A DNA stretch of 26,831 nt from a virus (lineage: Duplodnaviria; Caudoviricetes), in the IMG/VR virus record IMGVR_UViG_3300048578_000127, positions 1 through 26,831 of that record; one strand, given 5' to 3'. Position 1 is the stretch's first letter; each line of letters begins with the position of its first letter. The notes below the pieces were generated by a model that was given only the letters and a program-made list of their open reading frames with translations, made no database searches and was not told where the DNA came from. The translations under genes were made by a program, and so were the position numbers. This document shows, in pieces, positions 6,962 to 14,828 of the stretch.

Positions 6962-8503
6962 ATGTCCTACCGCATGCTCGGCGCTCGCGCCGCCGCAACC
7001 AAGCTCGCGCGCCGTTTTTCCCGCCGTGACGACATCGCCCTCGTCGATCCGATGACGACGACCGCCGTCCCGGAGGCGGTGGTCGAGACGGTCGTGAGCG
7101 ACGTCGTACCGGTCGATCCGCTGCCCAAGACCTACCGTGCCACCGTCACCCGCACCGTGACGCAGACGGCCGTGGTGGAGTTCACGGCGCCGGAGGGCAC
7201 CGATTCCTACACCATGGCGCAGGGTTTGCTCGAGAGCATCCCGGCCGAGCATTGGGTGACGCAGCCCGCCGACTCCTGGGGCTACATCGACCACATCGAG
7301 GAGGTCGGCCCCGCCGCGGCTGGCGACGTCGCAGACCCGCTCGACGCGCCGTCCGTGCTCTCGCGCCGTTACCGTCGCAAGTCGGATGCGGGAGCCGCGC
7401 GGGCCTTCCTCGATACGCTCGGGGACGCGACCATCGTGCAGGAAGCCGCGAACTTCGGCGGCGTGTCTGCGTACATCGACGACCTCGGAGACATCGTGAT
7501 CGTCGACGCCGCCGGTGGCGAGCGCCTGCTGACCGACGACGAGGTCATCACCCTGGCCCTGTCCTGCGGGTGGCAGGCTGAAGGCCAGGAAACCGACCTG
7601 ACCACCCTCTCGCGCCGCTACCGTCGCAAGGCCGCATCGGGGCAGTGGGCGGCCTACGATGAACAGGCGATCTGGGGGGTGGGTTACGACGCGCAGTCCG
7701 CGATTGCCGACGCCGCTACCAATTTCGGTCCCATCTCGCAGGAGGAGGTGGACGCCAACTTGGCCAGACTGATGACGGGCGAGATGTCTCAGGCCCTCGC
7801 CAACGCCGTCGCAGCGTCTGGGGGGAATGTCGGCTTCGAAATGCTTGCGAGCGGTTTGCTTGGTCTTGTCGGCGAGGAGGAAACGGTCGAGTTGGGTGAT
7901 GAGCCTCCGGTCGACGACGAAACCGACGATCTCGTGTCGAAAGCCACCCTTTCCCGCCGCTACGCCCGCAAGATGACGGGCAGCGAGGCGATCGACTGGA
8001 TCGACAGCGCCCAGCAGCAGGCCGACGCGGCTTACGAAGCCGGCGACCTCGCCACGCTGCAATCGCTGCTCGATCAGTCCTACGGGCTCTCGATCGACAC
8101 CGCCAATCCGGCCGACACCTGGGCCGCGGAGTTTCCCTCCGCGCTCGCCGATCTCCAGTTCCAGCTCAACGACAAGATCCGCAGCCTCGGCGAGATCGAG
8201 ACCGCGATCACGGAGGTGATCGACGCGCCCACGACGCTGGCACGCCGCGGCCGCCTCGCGCGCCGCTACGCCCGCAAATCCGCATTCGATGTCACCGTGG
8301 GCGGCACCTACATCGCCACCTACGAGGCGGCAACCGAGGACGAGGCGCTCGCGGCCTACCTTGCGGAGCAGGGCTTCGCCAGCGCCGAGGAAGCCGCGGC
8401 GGCGGCTGGCTACAGCGTCGAGGAGTATCTGGCCGACATCGTCGTGAGCGAGGTCCCGGCCGACGAGATCGCCGCCGACCCGGCTCTCGCTGCCGTCGCC
8501 TGA
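6962..8503 (+). CDS. Modular acidic protein with five L[SA]RR[YF]xR[KR] linkers (putative capsid-packaged polyprotein)
   Basis: 513-aa ORF with GGAG SD, located between portal and prohead protease; function inferred. Confidence 0.85.
   Translation: MSYRMLGARAAATKLARRFSRRDDIALVDPMTTTAVPEAVVETVVSDVVPVDPLPKTYRATVTRTVTQTAVVEFTAPEGTDSYTMAQGLLESIPAEHWVTQPADSWGYIDHIEEVGPAAAGDVADPLDAPSVLSRRYRRKSDAGAARAFLDTLGDATIVQEAANFGGVSAYIDDLGDIVIVDAAGGERLLTDDEVITLALSCGWQAEGQETDLTTLSRRYRRKAASGQWAAYDEQAIWGVGYDAQSAIADAATNFGPISQEEVDANLARLMTGEMSQALANAVAASGGNVGFEMLASGLLGLVGEEETVELGDEPPVDDETDDLVSKATLSRRYARKMTGSEAIDWIDSAQQQADAAYEAGDLATLQSLLDQSYGLSIDTANPADTWAAEFPSALADLQFQLNDKIRSLGEIETAITEVIDAPTTLARRGRLARRYARKSAFDVTVGGTYIATYEAATEDEALAAYLAEQGFASAEEAAAAAGYSVEEYLADIVVSEVPADEIAADPALAAVA
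7004..8278 (+). repeat. Five dispersed 24-nt repeats encoding the basic linker (7004-7027, 7358-7381, 7607-7630, 7949-7972, 8255-8278)
   Basis: For example CTCTCGCGCCGTTACCGTCGCAAG vs CTCTCGCGCCGCTACCGTCGCAAG; peptides LARRFSRR, LSRRYRRK, LSRRYRRK, LSRRYARK, LARRYARK. Confidence 0.9.
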
Positions 8504-8531
8504 TCCCGCACCCGCCGACCGCGAGGTTTCC

Positions 8532-9206
8532 ATGCTCACCGCCGCCTTGAAATCAGCCCCGGTGCCCGCACCGGAGCTCAAGCACCTGCGCCCCATCCGC
8601 TTCAAGGCGCAGGCGGTGTCGGAAGCCGGCACCTTCGAGGGCTACGGCAACGTGTTCGGCGTCGTCGACAGCTACGGCGACATTGTGATGCCCGGTGCGT
8701 TCTCGGCGTCGCTCGCCGACTACGCCGCGCAGGGCACGTTGCCGAAGCTGCTCCTGCAGCACGATCCCGCGGCGCCGATCGGCGTGTGGACCGAGATGCG
8801 GGAGGACAGCCACGGCCTCTACTGCAAGGGCCAGCTCAATCTCGACGTCGAGCGCGCGCGGGAGACGCTGAGCCTCATGCGGCAGGGTGCGCTCGACGGG
8901 CTCTCGATCGGCGGCGATCCCGTCGACACCCAGAAAGTCTACGTGGACGCTCTCGCCGACCACGGCATCGTGCTGCAGCCGGAGGAGCTGGAGCTCGGAG
9001 GCCAGCGCCGCCTCGTCTACGGCTGGGATCTCTGGGAGGTGTCCGTCGTGACCTTTCCCGCCTGCAAGCCCTCGCTCATCGACACGGAGACCGTGAAGCG
9101 CCGGCCGCACGCGCACACGTCGCGCCGTCACGCGTCACTTGTCGAGCTCGATCGCCTCGCCCGCGCCGTGGCGCGCCGCGGCCGGCTTCTCGCCGCACTT
9201 CGTTAG
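8532..9206 (+). CDS. Prohead (capsid maturation) protease, HK97 family
   Basis: FEGYGNVFGVVDSYGDIVMPGAF, LLLQHD, GLSIG, LWEVSVVTFPA. Confidence 0.95.
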   Translation: MLTAALKSAPVPAPELKHLRPIRFKAQAVSEAGTFEGYGNVFGVVDSYGDIVMPGAFSASLADYAAQGTLPKLLLQHDPAAPIGVWTEMREDSHGLYCKGQLNLDVERARETLSLMRQGALDGLSIGGDPVDTQKVYVDALADHGIVLQPEELELGGQRRLVYGWDLWEVSVVTFPACKPSLIDTETVKRRPHAHTSRRHASLVELDRLARAVARRGRLLAALR

Positions 9207-9248
9207 TCCTGCGTCCCAACTCTCTCACCCCAACAACCGGAGCTACCC

Positions 9249-10730
9249 ATGAAACCCAACGAGACGTTGGCGCAGGACCGTGTGCGCCATGACGAGACCG
9301 CGCCCGAGATCAAGGCGGGCGGGCCGCGCCGCATCGCGGCCCCGGCCGTGCACACCCGCCGCGCCGACCCCGTCGCCGCGCTCACGCGCACCATCGAGAC
9401 CCAGAACCGCCGCCTCGAGGTGAAGATGGTCTCGCGCACGGAAGCCGCCCGCCGTCTCGCAGCCGCCAAGGCGAACGCGACGCATCATCTGCGGGCCACG
9501 GTGGACCAGCGCAACGGGGCCGCCCGTAAGGGCCGCGCCGATCCGCTGCTCGATCAGACCATCAACCGCATCAACCGCCACATCGACCGCGTGGAGGCGG
9601 ACGAGCGGCGCGACCTGCAGACGCAGCTCGCGGCCGAGAAGGCGCGCACGCGCCAGCTCGAGACCAAGCTGCGCCGTCCGATGATCCAGCCGCCCGCGCG
9701 CCGGGCGAGCCTGTCTCAGCGGAACCAGGCGTTTGCGCTCTACCGCAAGGCCTCTCTCGCCTACCTCCGCACCGGTCAGGAAACCTTCGGCGGTGTCTCG
9801 CTGCGCGAGCTCGAGAAGAAGGCCGGCATGCATTCGGGCAGCAACCCGGATGGCGGTTTCTTCGTGCATCCCGAGTTAGACACCGGACCGCTGGAAGGGC
9901 TCCTCAGCAACGCCGTCGTGATGCGTCAGGTGGCGACGGTGCAGTCCATCTCCGGGCCGTCGTTCAAGAAGCCCGTCAACCTCCGCGGCGCGACGGTCGA
10001 GTGGGTGGGAGAGCGCCAGAACCCGCCCGACACGAACACGCCTGACATCGCCGAGATCGACGTTCCCGCCATGGAGATGGCAGCGAACGTGCTGGCCTCC
10101 CAGACGCTGATCGAGGATTCCTCGCTCGACATCGAGAGCTTCCTCGCGGAGGAGGTGCTCGACACCTTCGGCCAGGAAGAGGAGCGGGTCTTCTCCTCCG
10201 GTAACGGTGTCAACAAGCCGAGGGGGCTCTGGGCCTACGATATGGTGGCGAACGACAGCTGGGCCTGGGAGAAATTCGGCTTTACGCTCAGCGGCAAGAA
10301 CGGCGGCTTCCCCGATCCGGGCGCGGCCGTCAATCAGGCTGACCCTCTCTGGACGCTCATCTACTCGCTGAAGCCCGCTTACCGGAACTCGGCGAAATTC
10401 ATGATGAACTCGGGTCTCGTCGGCCGTTGCCGTCAGCTGAAAGACGGCGAGGGGCGCTGGATCTGGGCTGATGCCCGCGACAGCAATCCGGCTCAGCTCT
10501 GCGGGTATGAGGTTGTGGTCAACGAGCAGGCGCCCAACGGAGACGCGGACGCCTTCCCGATCGCATTCGGGGACTTCGCGCGCACCTACCTCATCGTCGA
10601 TCGCGTCGGCGTCACTGTGCTCCGCGATCCTTACACGCGCACCCCCTACATCCGCTTCTACACGCGCAAGCGGGTCGGCGGTGGCGTGAAGAACTTCGAG
10701 GCGACCAAGTTCCTCAAGTTCGCGCAGTAG
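9249..10730 (+). CDS. Major capsid protein, HK97 fold, with an ~191-aa N-terminal delta (scaffold) domain
   Basis: EKKAG..GSNPDGGFFV, GNGVNKPRG, LKDGEGRWIW, IAFGDF, LRDPYT, RVGGGV. Confidence 0.96.
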   Translation: MKPNETLAQDRVRHDETAPEIKAGGPRRIAAPAVHTRRADPVAALTRTIETQNRRLEVKMVSRTEAARRLAAAKANATHHLRATVDQRNGAARKGRADPLLDQTINRINRHIDRVEADERRDLQTQLAAEKARTRQLETKLRRPMIQPPARRASLSQRNQAFALYRKASLAYLRTGQETFGGVSLRELEKKAGMHSGSNPDGGFFVHPELDTGPLEGLLSNAVVMRQVATVQSISGPSFKKPVNLRGATVEWVGERQNPPDTNTPDIAEIDVPAMEMAANVLASQTLIEDSSLDIESFLAEEVLDTFGQEEERVFSSGNGVNKPRGLWAYDMVANDSWAWEKFGFTLSGKNGGFPDPGAAVNQADPLWTLIYSLKPAYRNSAKFMMNSGLVGRCRQLKDGEGRWIWADARDSNPAQLCGYEVVVNEQAPNGDADAFPIAFGDFARTYLIVDRVGVTVLRDPYTRTPYIRFYTRKRVGGGVKNFEATKFLKFAQ

Positions 10731-10748
10731 ACGCGGCGCCGCTTAGCA

Positions 10749-10769
10749 GGCGGCCGGAACCCGGCCGCC
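10749..10769 (+). terminator. GC-rich hairpin after the capsid gene (mRNA stabiliser or weak terminator)
   Basis: GGCGGCCGG-AAC-CCGGCCGCC followed by a pyrimidine tract. Confidence 0.45.
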
Positions 10770-10803
10770 ACCTTCCTCTCTCCGATCATCGAAAGGAAAG
10801 CCC

Positions 10804-11238
10804 ATGTCCCAGAGGGACCTTTGCAACGTCATCCACCCGGTGCCGCTGATCACGCCCGTCGCGGCGCGCACCGACAACACGCCGATCGTCAGCGCGATCA
10901 TCGACACCAAGGGCTACAACAGTTGCACGCTGGTGCTCATCACCGGCGCCAACACCGACGCCAACGCCACCTTTGCCGTGCTGGTCGAGGAGGGCGACAA
11001 CTCGGGGCTCGCGGACAACACTGCGGTCGCCGACGAGAACCTCGTCGGCACCGAGGCGCTCGCGGGCTTCACCTTCGCCGACGACAACAAGTGCCGGAAG
11101 ATCGGCTATGTCGGCAACAAGCGCTACGTGCGCATGACCGTCACGCCCTCGGGCAACGACTCCGGCAACATCTTCCTCTCCGGTGTCGCGATCCTCGGCC
11201 ATCCGCGCACAGCCCCCACGCCGAACCCGCCGCAGTAA
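10804..11238 (+). CDS. Virion protein following the capsid gene (probable head decoration protein)
   Basis: GAAAGGAAAG SD; beta-rich, IIDTKGYNS...KIGYVGNKRYVR; position directly after the capsid gene. Confidence 0.7.
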   Translation: MSQRDLCNVIHPVPLITPVAARTDNTPIVSAIIDTKGYNSCTLVLITGANTDANATFAVLVEEGDNSGLADNTAVADENLVGTEALAGFTFADDNKCRKIGYVGNKRYVRMTVTPSGNDSGNIFLSGVAILGHPRTAPTPNPPQ

Positions 11239-11261
11239 GCGGCGCGGCAGACGAAACCCGG

Positions 11262-11291
11262 ATGGTGCGCTTCGGCGCACCATTCCCTTTC
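11262..11291 (+). terminator. Hairpin with a cUUCGg tetraloop
   Basis: ATGGTGCGC-TTCG-GCGCACCAT followed by TCCCTTT. Confidence 0.55.
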
Positions 11292-11313
11292 CTGACCCAA
11301 ACGCGAGGCCGAC

Positions 11314-11691
11314 ATGCAGGCAAAGACAGTGAAGCAGTTCCGGATGGTGCCGCCGGGCGAAATCCATGGGCGCCAGTTCGAGGCGGGCGAGATCGTCTCT
11401 GGCCGCGTCGCTGAGGTGGCGCTTGCCGAGGGGTGGGCCGCTCCACTCGACGCCGCCAACGACGAGATCCCGGTCTCGTCTTCGGACGGTAACGGCCCCC
11501 CCGGATCGGGACCCAATGACGGCGCTCCGGCTCCTGTCCCGCAGCCCGTGGTGCGCGCAAAGCTCACCAAGCGCCACATCCACAAGAGCGCGGACGGCAT
11601 CGAGGAGATCTACGCCAAGGGCACGGTGATCGAGGGCGATCTGGCGCGTGCGTTCGTCGAGGCCGGCGTCGCCGAGTTCATCGGCAAGTAG
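11314..11691 (+). CDS. Small head-completion-region protein with two copies of a short domain
   Basis: FEAGEIVSGRVAEVALAEGWA and YAKGTVIEGDLARAFVEAGVA separated by a Pro/Gly linker. Confidence 0.7.
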   Translation: MQAKTVKQFRMVPPGEIHGRQFEAGEIVSGRVAEVALAEGWAAPLDAANDEIPVSSSDGNGPPGSGPNDGAPAPVPQPVVRAKLTKRHIHKSADGIEEIYAKGTVIEGDLARAFVEAGVAEFIGK

Positions 11692-11707
11692 GCCTCGGCG
11701 CGCTCCC

Positions 11708-12286
11708 ATGCAGATCAAACGCATCAGCGGCCCGGCGGCGGAGCCCGTCACGCTGGCCGAGGCGAAGGAGCACCTGCGGGTGCTCCACAATACTGAGGAC
11801 GCGCTCATCGGGCGCACGATCAAGGCGGCGCGCGAGTTCGTTGAGGGTGAGACCGGGCGCGCCCTCATTACGCAGACGTGGAAACAGTGGCTTGCGTCGT
11901 TTCCCCGGGCCGGCGTCATCGAGCTGCTGAAGCCGCCGCTGCAGAGCGTCACGGCGATCCGCTATCTCGACGTCCTGGGCGCGCAGCAGACGCTCGATCC
12001 GTCGATCTATTCCGTGCAGCCCGCTGGCCTTCTCGGCTGGGTGCAGCGCCGCTCCGGGCAATCCTGGCCGGTGACGTCGGCCGATCCGTCAGCCGTCGAG
12101 ATCGAGTTCGTCGCAGGCTACGGCGCAACCCCGGCCGACGTGCCCGAGTCGCTGCGCAATGCCGTGCTCCTCCTCGTCGAGCACCTCTATCACAATCGTG
12201 GCGAGACGGTTGACGGACCCCTGACCGTCAATCCGCTCGCCTCGCAGCGCCTGCTCGCCACCTTCCGCACCAGCGGGTGGATCTGA
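11708..12286 (+). CDS. Head-tail connector (gp6-like, phiE125 gp8 type)
   Basis: PAAEPVTLAEAKEHLRV, TGRALITQTW, VPESLRNAVLLLVEHLYHNR. Confidence 0.92.
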   Translation: MQIKRISGPAAEPVTLAEAKEHLRVLHNTEDALIGRTIKAAREFVEGETGRALITQTWKQWLASFPRAGVIELLKPPLQSVTAIRYLDVLGAQQTLDPSIYSVQPAGLLGWVQRRSGQSWPVTSADPSAVEIEFVAGYGATPADVPESLRNAVLLLVEHLYHNRGETVDGPLTVNPLASQRLLATFRTSGWI

Positions 12287-12615
12287 TGTCCGCGCGGCCC
12301 GAGCTCATCACCATCGAGCGCGAGACGACGACGCGCCGGGCGGGCGGCGGCCTCACCAGCGCGTGGGCGTCGATCGGGCAGCTCTGGGCCAGCGCGGAGT
12401 ACATCGGCGGCAGCGAGGGCGAGCAGCGCGGCGCCGTGCGCGCCGTCGTGCGCTACCGGTTCGTGGCGCTGTCGGCGGGCGTGGAAGCGCTCGGCGTGAC
12501 GCTCACGGATCGCATCGTCTGGAATGGCGAGACCTACAATCTGCGGGAGATGCCGCGCCGTCTCGCGCGGCGGATCGAGACGCAGATGATCGCCGAGAGC
12601 GGGGTGGCTCAATGA
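12286..12615 (+). CDS. Head-closure / head-tail adaptor (SPP1 gp16-like)
   Basis: ITIER...GGG...W...WA, DRIVWNGETYN; TGATG coupling; synteny. Confidence 0.85.
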   Translation: MSARPELITIERETTTRRAGGGLTSAWASIGQLWASAEYIGGSEGEQRGAVRAVVRYRFVALSAGVEALGVTLTDRIVWNGETYNLREMPRRLARRIETQMIAESGVAQ

Positions 12616-13118
12616 GCTACATCGAAGGCATCGAGGAGCTGAAGGCGAAGTTCCGCCGCTTCGACGACGAGGTGGCCGCCAGCATCAATTCCGCCGTGAT
12701 CGGCGAGGCGCGCGAGATGCAGCAGGAGACCGCTGCCCTCGTTCCGGTCGACACGGGTGAGGGGCGCGACGCGCTGCTCGACGACAGGGCGCTGCGCATC
12801 ACCAAGAGCCCGGACGGGCCCGGCATCCGTGTGTTGTTCGGCCTCGACGTGCCCGCGCTCGCGAAGCGCGCCTTCCATCTGTTTTTCGTCGAGTTCGGCA
12901 CCAAAGGCTACATGAAGGGCCAGGAGCGCCATGCCGGTTTCGACAAGAAGGGCCGGCGCCGCTGGCGCAGGATCAAGAAGCCGGTGCCGCCTCGCCCCGC
13001 GAATCCGTTCTGGCGCCCGGCGGAAGCCAACATGTGGCGCCGTCTCGAGGCGCGGCTGAACATGGCGCGCTTCGTTGCGGCGGCCAAGCGCGCCGCCGGG
13101 TTTGCGGACCAGAACTGA
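12612..13118 (+). CDS. HK97 gp10-like neck / tail-completion protein
   Basis: IEGIEELKAKF, LVPVDTG, FVEFGT, PANPFWRPA. Confidence 0.88.
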   Translation: MSYIEGIEELKAKFRRFDDEVAASINSAVIGEAREMQQETAALVPVDTGEGRDALLDDRALRITKSPDGPGIRVLFGLDVPALAKRAFHLFFVEFGTKGYMKGQERHAGFDKKGRRRWRRIKKPVPPRPANPFWRPAEANMWRRLEARLNMARFVAAAKRAAGFADQN

Positions 13119-13146
13119 GGACCGCTGAGACGCGGATCGCTGAGAC

Positions 13147-13563
13147 ATGGCCTCGCTCGAATTCGAAGTGCAGAAGGCGGTGGACGCGCTGTTGATCGCC
13201 GCTCTTTCCACCTTCACGCCGCCCGGCCGGTCCGCGCCCGGTGTGCCCGTCTACGACCACGCGCCGCAGCAGGCGGCGTATCCCTACGTGCGCTTCGGCC
13301 GCAAGATCAAAACGCCGGAGAACCTGCTGGCCGAGAAGATGGCGCGGGTGCAGATCACGCTCACCGTGTTCTCCGATTTCCACGGCCAGGAGCAGGTGGA
13401 CGCCATCCTCGCCAGGATCGAGGACACGCTGGACGACGCCGAGCTCACGCTGGCGGCGGGCACGGCCGTGCGCTGCGATCTCGAGCGCTCCGATACCGTC
13501 GTCGATACCGACGGCAAAACCTACACCGGCTCGGCGATCTACGCCGTGCTCGTGCACCCCTGA
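13147..13563 (+). CDS. Tail terminator (DUF3168-like)
   Basis: VYDHAPQQAAYPYVRFG; synteny. Confidence 0.85.
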   Translation: MASLEFEVQKAVDALLIAALSTFTPPGRSAPGVPVYDHAPQQAAYPYVRFGRKIKTPENLLAEKMARVQITLTVFSDFHGQEQVDAILARIEDTLDDAELTLAAGTAVRCDLERSDTVVDTDGKTYTGSAIYAVLVHP

Positions 13564-13592
13564 TCCGCTGACCCCACTTTCCGGAGGATACC

Positions 13593-14333
13593 ATGAGCAA
13601 GGTCCGCAACCGCGGCACCACGATGGCGATCGGCACCAAGGCCGCGAACCATCTCACCGACACCTACACCGAGGTCGAGGGCACGGTGACGGTCACCGGC
13701 AACATCGGCGTGAAGTGGCCGGAGGGCGACATCACCACGCTCAAGGACCAGTTCAAGAAGACCGGCAAGATCGGTCCGGCGGACGCGGGGCGTTGCACGC
13801 TCACCGGCCATCTGGACGAGGTGGCAGCCAGCGGTCCGCTGCCGGGACTTGCCGCGCTGTTCGCGGCCGCCCTCGATGACACGGTGGACGGCGTCTACAA
13901 CGTCAAGCTCACCAAATCGAACGGGCGCGTGAAGTATCTCAAGGCCGGTATTTTCGAGTTCACCGAGACCTACGGCAACAACCAGGCGCTCAACGGCTTC
14001 CAGTCGATCGCGATCCTGCAGCAACTCCCCAGCGACGCGGCGCCGCCCGCGGTTCTGCCCGCCAACTCCCGGCTCCCCGCGATCGCGGGCCTCGCCGTCG
14101 AGGGCGGCACGCTCACGGCGGTGCCCGGCATCTGGTCCGGCTCGCCGACGCTCGCCTACCAGTGGCAGATCGACGATGCCGGATGGGAGAACATCGTGGG
14201 TGCCACCAACCCGACCTACTCGCCTGTGGTGGGTGATGTCGGCAGCGCAATCCGCGTGATCGAAACCGCCACCAACGGGGCCGGCAGCGCCTCCGCCAAC
14301 TCGGCGCCCACTGTCGACGTCGTGGCCGCGTAA
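13593..14333 (+). CDS. Major tail tube protein with a C-terminal Ig-like domain
   Basis: GGAGG SD; position; C-terminal PAIAG...GGTLTAVPGIWSGSPTLAYQW...IVGATNPTY. Confidence 0.85.
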   Translation: MSKVRNRGTTMAIGTKAANHLTDTYTEVEGTVTVTGNIGVKWPEGDITTLKDQFKKTGKIGPADAGRCTLTGHLDEVAASGPLPGLAALFAAALDDTVDGVYNVKLTKSNGRVKYLKAGIFEFTETYGNNQALNGFQSIAILQQLPSDAAPPAVLPANSRLPAIAGLAVEGGTLTAVPGIWSGSPTLAYQWQIDDAGWENIVGATNPTYSPVVGDVGSAIRVIETATNGAGSASANSAPTVDVVAA

Positions 14334-14348
14334 CGGGAGCGGCGGCAG

Positions 14349-14828
14349 ATGTACGATCAGGGGGAGTTGGCGCGCGGTGCAACGCTCGTGGTCTGCGGTC
14401 GAGAGTATGCGTTCGACCGCTCGCTCGACATGCTGCGCCGCGCGGAGGGCGCGATCGGCGCCGTCGCGCCGTTCGCGCAGCGTCTCGACGTTGGCGCCGC
14501 AACGTCGGACGAGATCGTTCGTGTCTACGTGGCGTTGCTGCGCGACCGGGCCGGGGCGCCTCAGCGCGAGATCCTCGATGCGTGGGTTTGGGAGGAGGGC
14601 GTGCGGGCGCACCAAGCCCTCGCCGTTTACCTCTATTCCCTCACCATGGGCTCGAAGGAGCTTCGGCGCGTGCTCGATGAGCGGCGTGTTGATGAGGAGC
14701 CGGCGCGGGACGACGCACGCGGCCCTTTTGCAAAGACGGCTGGGCAGACTGGGATTACATCCTGGGCCTCGGGCGGGTCCTTGGGTGGACGCCCGCCCAG
14801 CTTTGGTGCACCTCGTTCTACGAGATGA
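14349..14828 (+). CDS. Tail assembly chaperone (gpG-like)
   Basis: Between tube and tape measure genes; contains an in-frame slippery heptamer. Confidence 0.8.
   Translation: MYDQGELARGATLVVCGREYAFDRSLDMLRRAEGAIGAVAPFAQRLDVGAATSDEIVRVYVALLRDRAGAPQREILDAWVWEEGVRAHQALAVYLYSLTMGSKELRRVLDERRVDEEPARDDARGPFAKTAGQTGITSWASGGSLGGRPPSFGAPRSTR

Noticed and set aside
7004-8278. Repeats separated by unique sequence considered as a CRISPR array or DGR
   Set aside because: The repeats are in frame, vary mainly at synonymous positions and are 225-330 nt apart; no cas or reverse transcriptase gene is present.
6752-8632. 626-aa minus-strand ORF, and similar long antisense ORFs at 3303..4670, 13539..14903 and 18881..21763
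   Set aside because: They are shadows of GC3-rich + strand genes, with no motifs and low-complexity R/G/V composition.
4753-9068. PACK peptide shared by the 143-aa protein leader and the protease (TFPACK)
   Set aside because: In the protease it overlaps the family-conserved VTFPA motif, so the match is probably coincidental.
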